A DNA stretch of 63,992 nt, the filler included, from Chrysochromulina tobinii (taxonomy: Eukaryota): NCBI GenBank assembly GCA_001275005.1. It is 8 parts of 8 records of this genome, joined end to end, with 100 filler letters (N's around TTAATTAATTAA, not from the genome) between each part and the next. Parts side by side here need not be neighbours in the genome. Positions count along the whole stretch, not along the records: positions 1 to 11,709 come from JWZX01000351.1; 7 more parts are not named here. One strand, given 5' to 3'. The translations under genes and the position numbers were made by a program. Of this stretch, positions 1 through 10,115 are shown piece after piece. The first letter of the stretch is position 1. Each line of letters opens with the position of its first letter. Below the pieces are notes generated by a model. It had not been told where the DNA came from and did no database searches. It saw only the letters and a list, made by a program, of their open reading frames with translations.

Positions 1-154
1 GCTCTCCATGTGTGAGGTCGCGTGAACGGTTTCTTGGGTGGAAAGGCCGCGTCTAGCGGTTCACAGATCAGAAATTCAGCCCCCTGGTCGGACACCGCCT
101 TTGGTCTCAACCTCTTGGTCGCGTCTCCTGGTGTCGCACCAGGCTTCTTGCCTC

Positions 155-1126
155 ATGGACCCGAAGATCTCCATGATGCTCGGCACCCTCGTGCAAGAGC
201 TGAGCCTATCCGTCTACTCCGCCGAGACGAGCGACCAAGCGATGGTTTTGCTCTCGTCCCAGCTGGAGCTTCTGCGGTCGCAGCAGGTCAGGCATGAGCA
301 AATCAAACAGGAGCTGGGCAAGCAAGAGGCAGCAGAGACGTCAGCACAGCCCGCTGCAAAAATTCGCCGTCTCGGCGCTGCAGGAGTGGTGCGGCTCGAC
401 GCCGAGAGGGGGGTCGGCTTCGAGCTGTACGAGACCCAAGAAGAGACGCGTATGGGCGGGCTCGTCAAGCATGTCAACAAGATCAAGGACTTGCAGGTCG
501 GAGTGAGGCCGTCGCTGCGAGATGCTCCATTCGAACAGGTTGCCCGCTGGCTTCGGGAGCTCAACTACAATTATTACGCCGTGACGACCTTCCTCGAGAC
601 TTCAGACCTTCCTCGCATCATGCAGAGCCGCGACGACGAGGACCTGCCGTCGGTGACCGTGGACACTCTTCTCGTGCCGACGTCGCCCTACCAACGAGCC
701 ATGGTCTGGGCAAACAGCACGCAGGGGATGGCGCGCGACGAATACGCGGTGGGATTGCAGATGGCGGCGCTCCGACAGGTGATCCGCTCGCACGACCCGA
801 ATACGGCGGAGTTGGTCGAGTTCCTCGTCCAAGCGCGTGGGTACACTGTCGAGCCTAGAGCCGACCTCGACCTCGAGCCCCCACTCTGGACGGCGGTGCG
901 AGAGCGGGGGTTTCCTGGTCAAGCCAAGGTGGTGCTGCTCCTCCTAGCGCACCGAGCGGATCCGGACCGCTCCTTTCAGGGCACAGACGACGCTCTCGCA
1001 AAGAGCGCACGTCAGCTTGCGAATCAGTCCATCACGGGGATCATGGACGTGCTCATCCACTGCGAGCACATGATGGAGGACTGCATCTGGCAAGACGCTG
1101 CTCCAGAAGACCAAGGAGGAACTTGA
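155..1126 (+). CDS. Hypothetical protein with degenerate C-terminal ankyrin-like repeat
   Basis: Open frame from ATG at 155 (the track starts upstream at a non-ATG codon). EPPLWTAV...AKVVLLLLAHRADPD resembles the ankyrin consensus TPLHxA...VVxLLLxxGADP. Confidence 0.5.
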   Translation: MDPKISMMLGTLVQELSLSVYSAETSDQAMVLLSSQLELLRSQQVRHEQIKQELGKQEAAETSAQPAAKIRRLGAAGVVRLDAERGVGFELYETQEETRMGGLVKHVNKIKDLQVGVRPSLRDAPFEQVARWLRELNYNYYAVTTFLETSDLPRIMQSRDDEDLPSVTVDTLLVPTSPYQRAMVWANSTQGMARDEYAVGLQMAALRQVIRSHDPNTAELVEFLVQARGYTVEPRADLDLEPPLWTAVRERGFPGQAKVVLLLLAHRADPDRSFQGTDDALAKSARQLANQSITGIMDVLIHCEHMMEDCIWQDAAPEDQGGT

Positions 1127-1467
1127 GCCGGTACACCACGGTTAAACGGGGTGCGCCCAAGCAGACGGGGGTGCGCCAAAGCGCCAGATTCCCAGTGAGA
1201 GAGCAGGAGTGCGCCAGTGAGCACGCGACCACACGAGTGCTGTACGAGTGCTGCATACGTTCGCAAGTCGTGCGTGAGCTTGAAACACGATCAGGAGCAC
1301 TTCAATAGCTCAATACTTGGAGTCAACGAGGTGGTTTCGAAATCAATTTTCTGAGGCACCATACGATTGTGCCGATTCTTCAGACGTACGTTCGTGACGT
1401 GCGGCTCGCTGCGAGGAAGAGGAGAAAATTCGTTGTTCTTCGCCGTGGCCACGTCGCAATCACCAGA

Positions 1468-2709
1468 ATGCGAAGCATCTTGGCAGTGCGGATGGTCTCG
1501 AACGCGGCACGGCGTCGCCAGATTCCAATGGCGTCGCGCCATAATATGTCCTTCTTCCAGAACCTCAAGGAAAACATCTCGAAAGAAGTCGAGAAGAATC
1601 CCGAGCTCAAGAAGACGCTCGACGAGCTGCGCAGCAGTGAGCTTCTGAACAAGGCGAGCACTGCTGCGAGCGAGGCGGCGGCCAAGGCAAATGAGGCCGC
1701 CTCCAAGGTTTCACAGTCGGTATCGCAGGCAGCCGACGCCGCGAGCGAGCGGGCGGCCAAAGCGGCCAAGGCGGGCGAGGACCTGGCCAGCAAGGCCACC
1801 CAGAAGGCGCAGCAGGCAGCGTCCGAGGCGTCGTCCAAATTCACGTCCAAGCCCGCGGACGCTTCTTCGGCGCAGCAGGGCGCGCCCGGCAGCGGCAGCA
1901 CGGGCAGCGCTGGCGCTGCCGAGGGCGGGCCGCAACCGCTGCCCTTCTTTCAGCGGGTCTTCGAGGATGCGAGCGCCGTCTTCGAGAAGCTCAAAGCTAG
2001 TGTGAGCAGCGGCAGCACGCCGGCTGGCAGCGCGAGAAGCGCGAGCAGCACTGCGTCGAGCAGCGGTGACGGTGGCGGCGACCCGGGCGCAGGCGCGCTC
2101 GTGGTGCGCCAGCCCACTTTTTGGGAGCGCAATTTCAATCCGGAGTCGCCCTTCTTCGAGCGCCTCAAGGGCATGTTTGGAGGTGCTGGCGACGCGGCGG
2201 GCGGCCTCGGCGATCGCTTCTTCGGCGAGACCGAGCAGGCTGAGGCGATGGCCGAGCTGCGCAAGCTCATGCCCGACTACTCGCAGGACGCCTTCCTGAG
2301 CATGATCAGCAAGGACATGGGCCCGAAGGTCATCGGCGCCTACTTGCGTGCTGACATGGAGGTCATCCGCGCGCAGACGCGCGACCAGGCGTTCGCGACA
2401 CTGCAGGCGTCGGTGACCGACCGCATCACGCGCCAGCTCAAGATGGATGAGCGAATCCTGTACATGTCGCCGCCCGAACTCGAAGGCATGCGCGTCATCA
2501 GCGGTCTGCCCACGGCGATCGTCTCCTTCGAAACCCATCAGATCTATTGCATCCGAAATGTGCTGACCAGCCAGATCGCCGAGGGCGACGAGGATGACAT
2601 CCGCTCGTTCCACTACCTCTGGGCACTCCAGCCCAACGAACAGGCTGACTCGGAGCACAAGTGGCAGTTGACGGAGCTCGCCATACGCGGCGTCATGTCA
2701 GTCTACTGA
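1468..2709 (+). CDS. TIM44: Mitochondrial import inner membrane translocase subunit Tim44
   Basis: Arg-rich presequence-like N-terminus (MRSILAVRMVSNAARRRQ), then FFQNLKENISKEVEKNPELKKTL. C-terminal Tim44 domain: ETEQAEAMAELRKLMPDYSQDAFL...AYLRAD...ERIL...IVSFETHQIYCIRN...EGDEDDIRSFHYLWAL...WQLTE. Confidence 0.9.
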   Translation: MRSILAVRMVSNAARRRQIPMASRHNMSFFQNLKENISKEVEKNPELKKTLDELRSSELLNKASTAASEAAAKANEAASKVSQSVSQAADAASERAAKAAKAGEDLASKATQKAQQAASEASSKFTSKPADASSAQQGAPGSGSTGSAGAAEGGPQPLPFFQRVFEDASAVFEKLKASVSSGSTPAGSARSASSTASSSGDGGGDPGAGALVVRQPTFWERNFNPESPFFERLKGMFGGAGDAAGGLGDRFFGETEQAEAMAELRKLMPDYSQDAFLSMISKDMGPKVIGAYLRADMEVIRAQTRDQAFATLQASVTDRITRQLKMDERILYMSPPELEGMRVISGLPTAIVSFETHQIYCIRNVLTSQIAEGDEDDIRSFHYLWALQPNEQADSEHKWQLTELAIRGVMSVY

Positions 2710-3771
2710 GCTTCGTCCGCCCTGTGCCCGCGCGATGACTGGGCACGCCAGTGTTCCGTCAATTGGTTCCGCCACTAGCTTCGCGACTGGGTTCGGGGAG
2801 CGCACGCGACGACGGCGCACGCGCTCGCCCTCTCGGGAGGCGCAGCTGCAGGAGGTGTAACGGCCGGTTTCATGGGATGCTGATGCAGTGATGTATGCTC
2901 GCGCGACGGGATACGTAGCGCCCGACCGCGCGGGGGATCCACGCGCGGTGCACGGGGCGCGTGTCTCGTAAGCGCGCGGGGTCGCTCTGCGGCGGGAGAC
3001 CCGGTTTGGGGCGAGTGCGGACTACCTACCTTATTGGTCAACACTCAACAGCACCTAAACGGGGCGGTTGCACCCACATGCTCTAGTCACATGCCACCGG
3101 GCCGACCGAGGCGCGCGGATCGCACCCTGCAATACCATGATCGAAGATGATATCGAAGATGCATCAGTGCGCGCCGGCGCCGCGCTCCGGCCGTTCGGTT
3201 GTCCGAGAGAGCTCGAGACCGATCGGATAATAACAGTCACAAATTTAACTACGAAAACGTCGTCGACGCTCGACGCTTCGCTCGACCGGCCGGGCACACC
3301 GCGCGAAATCCGTGCAAGCGTCGTCGGCCCGAGCGCGCCCCGGCGGCGGCGCCGCGGTCGCCGGTCCCCGCCCGCGGTCGGCGCGGCTCTGTCACGAGAT
3401 ACCCGGACATACGGGAATTTTAATTCGGAATTTCCGGAATCGTACCGACACCGCGCGACTACGGACCGCGGTCCGTACCGCTACCGGGTCCTCTACACAC
3501 AGCGGCTTACGCGCACCAAGGGAGAGGAGACCATCGCGCCGCGCCACGCGCGCATCCTCCGCCGGCCGCCGCCAAAACTCGCGTCAGTGGAATCACGCCA
3601 CGCAACGCCACGCACATGCACTCCGCTCGCCCAGGGGCCAGGGCCGGCAGACCTGTGGGGTCATGCGGACGCGCGCGAAACGCCCACGCGTCGCACGCGC
3701 CAGCAAGAGCATCTGCACTCACGCCGGCCGGCTGCAGGGGAATCACCGCCCCCCCCCGGCCGCGGCGTGCT

Positions 3772-3825
3772 TCTCTCTGTCTCTCTGTCTCTCTGTCTCT
3801 GTCTCTGTCTCTGTCTCTCTCTCTC
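3772..3825. repeat. (CT)n/(CTCTGT)n microsatellite
   Basis: Directly visible simple repeat in intergenic DNA. Confidence 0.9.
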
Positions 3826-4177
3826 GGACGCACTCGCTATCACGCCTCGCTGGCTGTGCCACGCGCTGCACCGCGCTCAAAGCCCAATACGTTACCAATA
3901 CGTAATCGTGCCCTCGCATCCGCATCCGGAGACGCGCTGCCTCTCGCGGGCCTCATTGCATGCGCACTCTGCGGCCGCCACGTAGCGAGCCGACCATGAA
4001 CAAAAGTGCTACCGGGTGACAAACCGAGTCGCACAATAGGGGGTGGTTGGCAGGTAAGATCGGCGCTTGGCAAGCGGCGGCGGGAAGGGATGTGAAGCGA
4101 CGTGCAGGGCGCATGCCCGGTGAGCGCCCACCGGTGACGCCTGCCCATCCGTCCTCGCCACTTCCCCACGCGTCGCC

Positions 4178-5032
4178 TTAATCCGCGCCACCTGCGCCCA
4201 GCGCAAGCGGCGACGTGCCGCTCCAACGCTTAGGTGGAGACGCGGCGCGAATCTTGGAAGTGAGCTTCGTGCCGGGCGTGCCGGGTGAGGCCGGCGCAGC
4301 TGTGCCGTACGTGGGCGTGCGCGCCGACGTCGCCGCCGCCAGCAGGCCGCCAGCACCGATTGGCGATTTGGCGCCTGCCTGGACCGCACGCACTGCGTTC
4401 AGCGTCGACGGTGCAGCGGCAGCTCCGCCTGGCGTGGCGCTGAGCTTCGACCGCAGCGGGCTGCTGGGGCCAGCAAAGGTGCCTTTTGCGGCGGCCATAG
4501 CACCTCCCATCACCGCGGGCGCCGTGTTCGCCAGGGCGGCAGACAGCTTGCCGAAGCCCGTTGCCTCGCCGGGCCCAGGGGTTGCCATCGGGCTCCCGCC
4601 ACTGAGGATCTCAACCGCCATGTCGGCGAGGCGCTTGGTCAGCCCCGATGCCGGGTGCGTGTGCACGAAGTGGCCGACCAGCTCCCTTCCGCCCTGCTCG
4701 TTCACGAGGTCACGGTCATCGATGGCGACCCACTGATCGACGCCAACCTTGTCGCGGTTCTCTCGCATCCACTCGTTGATCTCCGTGGGACGGATGGGCG
4801 AGAACATCGGCTTCATCGGCGTCGCGCCGATCACTTCGATGTCCAGTCGGTTGAGCGCCGCAACAACCTGCCGCTTCAGGTTTGCCTGCCGCCGCCAGTC
4901 GGTTGAGAGCACGACCTTGGCCTGCGTCTTCTTCACGACCTCCGCAAGGATGGCGAGTTTGCTCTCCTCGAGGCGCCCGGCCATGTTACAGCAGATCACC
5001 CCGTCAATGTCAAGGAAGATGACGGCCACCAT
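4178..5032 (-). CDS. HAD-superfamily phosphatase (HAD_SAK_2 / RNA-repair-associated type) with low-complexity tail
   Basis: Motif I IFLDIDGVI, motif II VVLSTDWR, RPTEINEW, motif IV WVAIDDRDL and FVHTHPASGLT. ATG at 5032. Confidence 0.8.
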   Translation of the reverse strand: MVAVIFLDIDGVICCNMAGRLEESKLAILAEVVKKTQAKVVLSTDWRRQANLKRQVVAALNRLDIEVIGATPMKPMFSPIRPTEINEWMRENRDKVGVDQWVAIDDRDLVNEQGGRELVGHFVHTHPASGLTKRLADMAVEILSGGSPMATPGPGEATGFGKLSAALANTAPAVMGGAMAAAKGTFAGPSSPLRSKLSATPGGAAAAPSTLNAVRAVQAGAKSPIGAGGLLAAATSARTPTYGTAAPASPGTPGTKLTSKIRAASPPKRWSGTSPLALGAGGAD

Positions 5033-5233
5033 GACAGCTCGGAACGTCTCGACTGCGCTGCAACCTTGTGCGACGCGAACGCGAGGGGAACTTGCGACAG
5101 AAACTTGGAAAATGCACTTTTGACGCACTGGAATCTTTCGTGACGTTTTTCTCCGAATTTTTGACTCTCTAAATTTTTACATGTAGCGAACGCTCGCGCC
5201 ACCGCGCCGGGCGGCTCGCTTTCAGTCTGTCAA

Positions 5234-5253
5234 GTCAAGTCACGTGACTTGAC
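5234..5253. promoter_or_regulatory. Perfect 20-bp palindrome GTCAAGTCACGTGACTTGAC (E-box core CACGTG) in a 260-bp divergent promoter
   Basis: The sequence is self-complementary and lies between the head-to-head ATGs at 5032 (-) and 5293 (+). A regulatory role is inferred only. Confidence 0.35.
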
Positions 5254-5292
5254 ATGACTTGACATGCCTTGTCTGAGGTGTCAGAAAGTGTG

Positions 5293-5985
5293 ATGGCTTC
5301 CCTCCAAGAGGCTGTACCGCATTCGTCCGCATCGGCTCTGCTGCGGCGCTACGAAGCCTCGTGGGCCGAAATCGCGCAGCGCAACACGTCCGTCTGCAGC
5401 CGCGCCCGTGAGTTTGCCGGCGACGTGGCCAGGGCGAACGCTCGTGCAGGAGAGGCGTCGGCAGCGTGGGGCCAATTACGTGCTGAGCTGCAGGCATTGC
5501 CGCAGTGCGCCTTGGAGCTGCGGGAGCTGGCATCGAGCGTAGCTGGTGCGTGCGCACGCATTGATGCGCTCGAGCATCGGCTCCATGATGCCGCGTTGGC
5601 TCGCGCCGAGCAGGACGAAGGCCGTTGGAGGCAAGGGCAGCTCGAAGCGCTGAGCTGCGAGCAGCAACAACTGGAGGACGAACAACGCGAGCGCGCTCGA
5701 CTGGTGGCCGCGGAAGCCGAGGCGGCCGAGCTCGCGCGCGCGCTCGAGCGCGAGCAGATCTTTCAGGCACAGTTCGAGGCGCAGCGCGAATACCTGCGAC
5801 AGCACGGAGAGCTGGGTACCCTCGCACTTCGCCGCCCAGCGCTCGCGCAACAAGTAGACGCTACGATCGCCGTGGTCGCGGCCGCCACCGCGCAGGCCAC
5901 CCTCGCTGATGTCGCGCCGTGCGCTGGCGACGTGGCCGAGCTCGACGATTTCTACGGCTCAGGAGACGAAGTTGACACGAGTTGA
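5293..5985 (+). CDS. DTNBP1: Dysbindin-like coiled-coil protein (BLOC-1 subunit)
   Basis: Four colinear blocks resemble animal dysbindin as I recall it: LLRRYEASWAEI (cf. LLSRYEDTWAAL), LRAELQALPQ (LQEQLQQLPA), EREQIFQAQFEAQREYLRQHGEL ([23 protein letters not shown]) and ELDDFYGSGDE (ALDVFLNSGGE). Confidence 0.7.
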   Translation: MASLQEAVPHSSASALLRRYEASWAEIAQRNTSVCSRAREFAGDVARANARAGEASAAWGQLRAELQALPQCALELRELASSVAGACARIDALEHRLHDAALARAEQDEGRWRQGQLEALSCEQQQLEDEQRERARLVAAEAEAAELARALEREQIFQAQFEAQREYLRQHGELGTLALRRPALAQQVDATIAVVAAATAQATLADVAPCAGDVAELDDFYGSGDEVDTS

Positions 5986-6268
5986 CCGTGGGCGCGTGGG
6001 GTCCGTTCCAGCCACGGTCAGGGTGAGCTAGCTCTCCTAGGGAAATGTTGAAACTGACTGCATTCGCCCGGAGCCTAGGGGTTCCTAATACCGTTCGAGT
6101 GCGGATAATATTCTCTCTCGAAGGAAAAAGGTACTAAGAAAAAGGTTGAGCCCTGGCTGACACGAGCTCTGTCGAGCAGCGCGACGAACGCCTTGCTGTC
6201 ACTGCACCTTGATGACCTTCATCGCTATCGCGATGGCCGCACACTCACGTCACAGGCAGCTTGCATCG

Positions 6269-6399
6269 TGCTCATTCCTCGTCGCCAAGTGGCATGCCGA
6301 GACGGCGCGCGCCACGTGGCATGCCGAGACGGCGCGCGCCACATGGCATGCCGAGACGGCGCGCCACGTGGCATGCTCATTCCTCGTCGCCACGTGGCA
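6269..6399. repeat. 27-bp tandem repeat (~3 copies) flanked by a duplicated 26-bp segment that includes the RING gene stop codon
   Basis: The unit GTGGCATGCCGAGACGGCGCGCGCCAC is repeated. TGCTCATTCCTCGTCGCCA(A/C)GTGGCA occurs at 6269 and at 6374. Confidence 0.8.
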
Positions 6400-7030
6400 C
6401 TCGCCACACGCGTGCTACTCCACTGTCGGGATACTCGATCTCGACGAACGAAGCTACATCATGCAAGTGCAAAGGCACGTACGATGGGCGAGGGATGCTC
6501 GGATCAGGTGAAGGCTCATAGCGCAGAATAACTCCGCCATCGCGGGTGTAGCCGAGCTGCCGCGGCGTCACCGGCCGCTCTGGCTGCTCGGAAGGCTGGC
6601 TTGAAGGCGCGAAGATGGCACGTAGGTCAACCCGACACAGAGGGCAATGCACCGAACGTGAAAGGCACGCATCGGCACAAGCTACGTGGAGAAGGTGCCC
6701 TGCTGCGCAAGGTAGTTTGGTGAGCTTCTCGCCCTCGGCAAAGTCGGTCAAGCATACGGAGCACTCGCCGTAGCCGCCCGTACTATACGCCACCGTTGGG
6801 AACGTCCTAATCTCTTCGGCCGTGAAACGTTCGACCGACGGAGGCGCTTCCACGGATTGAGATTCACGTCTCCTCTCATCGAGCCTCCTGAAGTAGTCCT
6901 CGAGGTCGTCGAGCACATTAGACGGCGCTCCTTCTTGTGCCGGGTAACTTAACGGTTCACGAACAGATTCCTCGTCAGAAGAGTCGCCGATGCCATCGAA
7001 GCGCGAGTAGTCTAGGACAGAAGGAGGCAT
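6377..7030 (-). CDS. RING-H2 E3 ubiquitin ligase
   Basis: CSVCLTDFAEGEKLTKLPCAAGHLLHVACADACLSRSVHCPLCR. The N-terminal DYSRFDGIGDSSDEE resembles the Cdc37-type N-terminal motif. ATG at 7030. Confidence 0.8.
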   Translation of the reverse strand: MPPSVLDYSRFDGIGDSSDEESVREPLSYPAQEGAPSNVLDDLEDYFRRLDERRRESQSVEAPPSVERFTAEEIRTFPTVAYSTGGYGECSVCLTDFAEGEKLTKLPCAAGHLLHVACADACLSRSVHCPLCRVDLRAIFAPSSQPSEQPERPVTPRQLGYTRDGGVILRYEPSPDPSIPRPSYVPLHLHDVASFVEIEYPDSGVARVWRVPRGDEE

Positions 7031-7191
7031 TTGCTCGCGTGCACCGCGACTCGTGTGTCGTTGACGCTCAAAATGCGAGCACTTTGCGTTCAACCTCGAT
7101 TCCAACCTCCCTCATTTCAGGATGGCCAGCGGGTCAAGCCAAGTCAAGCGAGGATCTCTATACCGAAAAACCGCCCGCCACGGCGCGCCAC

Positions 7192-8272
7192 ATGCGAGGT
7201 ACTCTCTTCATCGCGGCAGTCGGTTTCACGGCGGCGCAGCGCAACGACGACATCGACCGAATCGTTGACGCGTATTCGAAGGTTCGCATGAACCCCGAGC
7301 TTTTCGACGGCCGCAAAGGCTGGGCGCGCTTCCTCGACCCCGCGCTCATGGAAGCCATTTCGCACAGCCAAATGACCGGCTCGCGCACGCAGATAGATTC
7401 ACTGCTCCGCGAGGAAACTCCCGGTGTGTACAGCTTCCAGCTCGTCAGTGAAGAATTCTGCAATAAATTCCTCGAAGAGCTTGACCACTACTATAGCACG
7501 GGGCTGCCTGTCTCGAGGCCAAACTCCATGAACAACTGTGACGATGCGGAGATTTAACCCGAAGCCAAATGATGCGCTGCTCCCCTCTGCCTGCGCTTAC
7601 AGGCCGGTGCGTTCGAGCCTCGGTACGAAAGATGGTATCATCGTTAACCACATCGGCATGAAGGAGGCGATCACGTGGCTGCAGCGCCATGTGCTCCATC
7701 CGCTCTCCCAGATCCTTTTCCCGTTGCAATCCAAAGGCGGGTTCCACGATCATCACTCGTTCATGGTTCAGTACAAGGCCGGCGAGGACCTCGGCCTCGA
7801 CATGCACACCGATGATTCCGACGTCACGTTTAACATTTGCCTGGGACGCAACTTTACCGGCGCGTCGCTCACCATCTGCGGCGACAGCCGCATGCCGCAG
7901 CATCGCCAGTTCTACAAGTCTTACGAGCACGTGCGCGGCCGTGCGCTCGTGCACCTGGGCTCGCGCCGCCACGGTGCCGACGACATCCTCACAGGGGAGC
8001 GCAACAATCTGATCGTGTGGAACCACAACCATGAGTACCGCAGCTCCGCGGAGTTCGTCAACCGACAGCCTTACTACCCTGAGGCCGCCGCGCCCGACGC
8101 GCGTTGCCTCTCGTACACGCACGACCGTGACTTTGGCGAGTTCCTCGACTACCCACCGGGCAAGGAGGAGTTCCGGGGAGGCGGCTGGTGCCCTCCAGCG
8201 CATGCTTGCTACGACACGATGGCGCCCTCGCTGGGCGGCAAACGCAGGGCACCCAATCGCGAGGAGCTCTGA
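7192..8272 (+). CDS. 2-oxoglutarate/Fe(II) dioxygenase, OGFOD2-like; 2 exons (intron 7538-7631)
   Basis: Splicing GT7538..AG7631 restores RPNSMNNYGII. Iron/2OG ligands are HTD (LDMHTDDSDVTFNICLG), H (RHGA) and R (GERNNLIVW). The N-terminus is hydrophobic and the protein ends in REEL. Confidence 0.85.
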
Positions 8273-8601
8273 CAAAACCGGATACAGTCCCGTGCACCGT
8301 GCGTCCGGGCACCAGAGAGGCGCACGTACGGTACATGTGACCGTGCGACCGCCGACCGGGGGGCGTCGTTTGCTCGTGCCCCGTCGAGCGTCGTCCGACG
8401 CTCGTCGTTGTGGCCCCTCAGAGTCGAGCCATTTGATAGGATAGCCCTCTAGGTTTTCCCTCCTTGGGTCACCACTCTACTTGCAATCGGATCAATTTGT
8501 CGCGACGACCGCGCTATACCGGGCGCGCCTTGCTCTCGCGCGTCTCGCCAGTCCGAGCGCCCAGCCGCGAGGGCCGCTCGCGGGCCCAGCGCCAAGGCAC
8601 A

Positions 8602-9738
8602 ATGCTGCCCTTGACATATGCGGTGTCCGGACACAATATTTGTGAGTCATGCCGCTATTTTCGCCAGTGCATCGCAACGTGCGCCAACGAACCGCCACCA
8701 ACCAAGGTGCCTTCGTCCCTAAAATATGGTCCAGGGCGCAAGTGGGCTTCATGCGAAGAGGTCGCTCACAATTACTCACTCCATTATGGGGACGCGCGGG
8801 CAAAGTGGGCACGCTACTATGCCGAGGATATGGCATCCGTGGCGAAGCCTCTTGCCGAACTGCTCAAGGCTGCGTCAGCCGAACGGGATGTGAGCGCGAA
8901 GGTCGAGAGTGCTGAGCTCTGTGAGCCCGGCTCGAGTACGTGCGCAGGTTTCCCACGCGTGGTACATCAGAGTTGGCGATCGACGGAGCTGCCCAGCTCG
9001 CTGGCTGAGTGGCAACGCACATGGGCAGAGATGAACCCCGGGTACACCCTGCGGTTGTGGACCGACGCCAACAACGAGCGCTTCATTGCCCAGCACTACC
9101 CCTGGTTCTTGCGCTACTTTCGCCAGTACGACAAGATGATCAAGCGCGCTGACGCGGTGCGGCCGTTCTATCTGTATCACTTTGGCGGCGTGTATGCGGA
9201 CCTCGATTTTGCCTGCATCCGGCCCTTCGACGCGCTCCTGCAGCGGCATGCGAGCTCGCAGGTGCTCTTGGGTGAGCTCCAAAAGGGAGCTCACGAATCC
9301 CAGTCGGTCCCGAACGCGCTCATGATTTCGAAGCCACGCGCGCGCTTCTGGTTGCTCGTCATGCGCGAACTAGTGCGTCGCGTCAACTGCGCCGACCCGA
9401 TGTTCGACACAGGTCCGGCGATGCTCACCAAAGTGGCGCGCACGGAAGGCCCTGCGAGCGGTGTCACGGTGCTCAACTCGTCACATTTCTACAGCATCAG
9501 CTGGAACCTCCGCGACTGGGCGCGCGTGGAGCGAGGCGACCGGGTGAACATGACCGCGATGCGTGCCGTCTTCACGAAAGCCGCCGCTATCGACCCGAGC
9601 ATATATGCAGTGACCTCGTGGATGCACAGCTGGGACTGGCGCTGGCTGCCTTACGAGCTGCGCACGGAGAAATGCGCGCGCCAGGCCTTTAAAGCCAATT
9701 GCGCTATGAGCAGCGATGTGAGCAGCGGAGGTGGCTGA
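8602..9738 (+). CDS. Glycosyltransferase family 32 (DXD sugar-binding, OCH1/SUR1-like)
   Basis: FPRVVHQSW...TWAEMNPGY...WTD...RADAVRPFYLYHFGGVYADLDF...NALMISKPRARFW...TGPAMLT. The start codon is uncertain. Confidence 0.85.
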   Translation: MLPLTYAVSGHNICESCRYFRQCIATCANEPPPTKVPSSLKYGPGRKWASCEEVAHNYSLHYGDARAKWARYYAEDMASVAKPLAELLKAASAERDVSAKVESAELCEPGSSTCAGFPRVVHQSWRSTELPSSLAEWQRTWAEMNPGYTLRLWTDANNERFIAQHYPWFLRYFRQYDKMIKRADAVRPFYLYHFGGVYADLDFACIRPFDALLQRHASSQVLLGELQKGAHESQSVPNALMISKPRARFWLLVMRELVRRVNCADPMFDTGPAMLTKVARTEGPASGVTVLNSSHFYSISWNLRDWARVERGDRVNMTAMRAVFTKAAAIDPSIYAVTSWMHSWDWRWLPYELRTEKCARQAFKANCAMSSDVSSGGG

Positions 9739-10115
9739 GGCGTATGCCTGACTATCTACCACACGTACCACAGGTCTCAGGTGCCCCCCCGGGCCCCCTT
9801 GCCTCCCCCCAAGCTCAGAGTGGCGAAGGAAGGCGAAGGGCTCTGAACCGTCAGTTTTGATCGTCGCCGTGTTGCCGTTTTCTCGTGATACCGTGGTGCC
9901 GGTCTTTGAACTTTAGTTAGAAATACAATAGTATCCCTGATTTTAGGAATTACTTAGGAATTACCTGAATCGCCGCATTGACCTGTGAAAGCGGCAATTG
10001 GAAACTAAGCGCAAAGCGGGTCTCGGCTCTCGCATCTTTCCGTTTTCCCAAAATGCCTGCTGTGCGGAGCGGCAGCCTGGAGGCACCCTCTCGATGAGGA
10101 AACGGCGTCCAAAAG

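Noticed and set aside
3068..3985. 305-aa ORF and 18-bp palindrome TACGGACCGCGGTCCGTA (3460-3477)
   Set aside because: The ORF has a non-ATG start, runs through a microsatellite and has no recognisable domain. An isolated palindrome without element ends or a second copy cannot be assigned a function.
6085..6110. GTTCGAGT resembling a tRNA T-loop
   Set aside because: No cloverleaf or acceptor stem can be built around it. No tRNA or rRNA genes were identified in the window.
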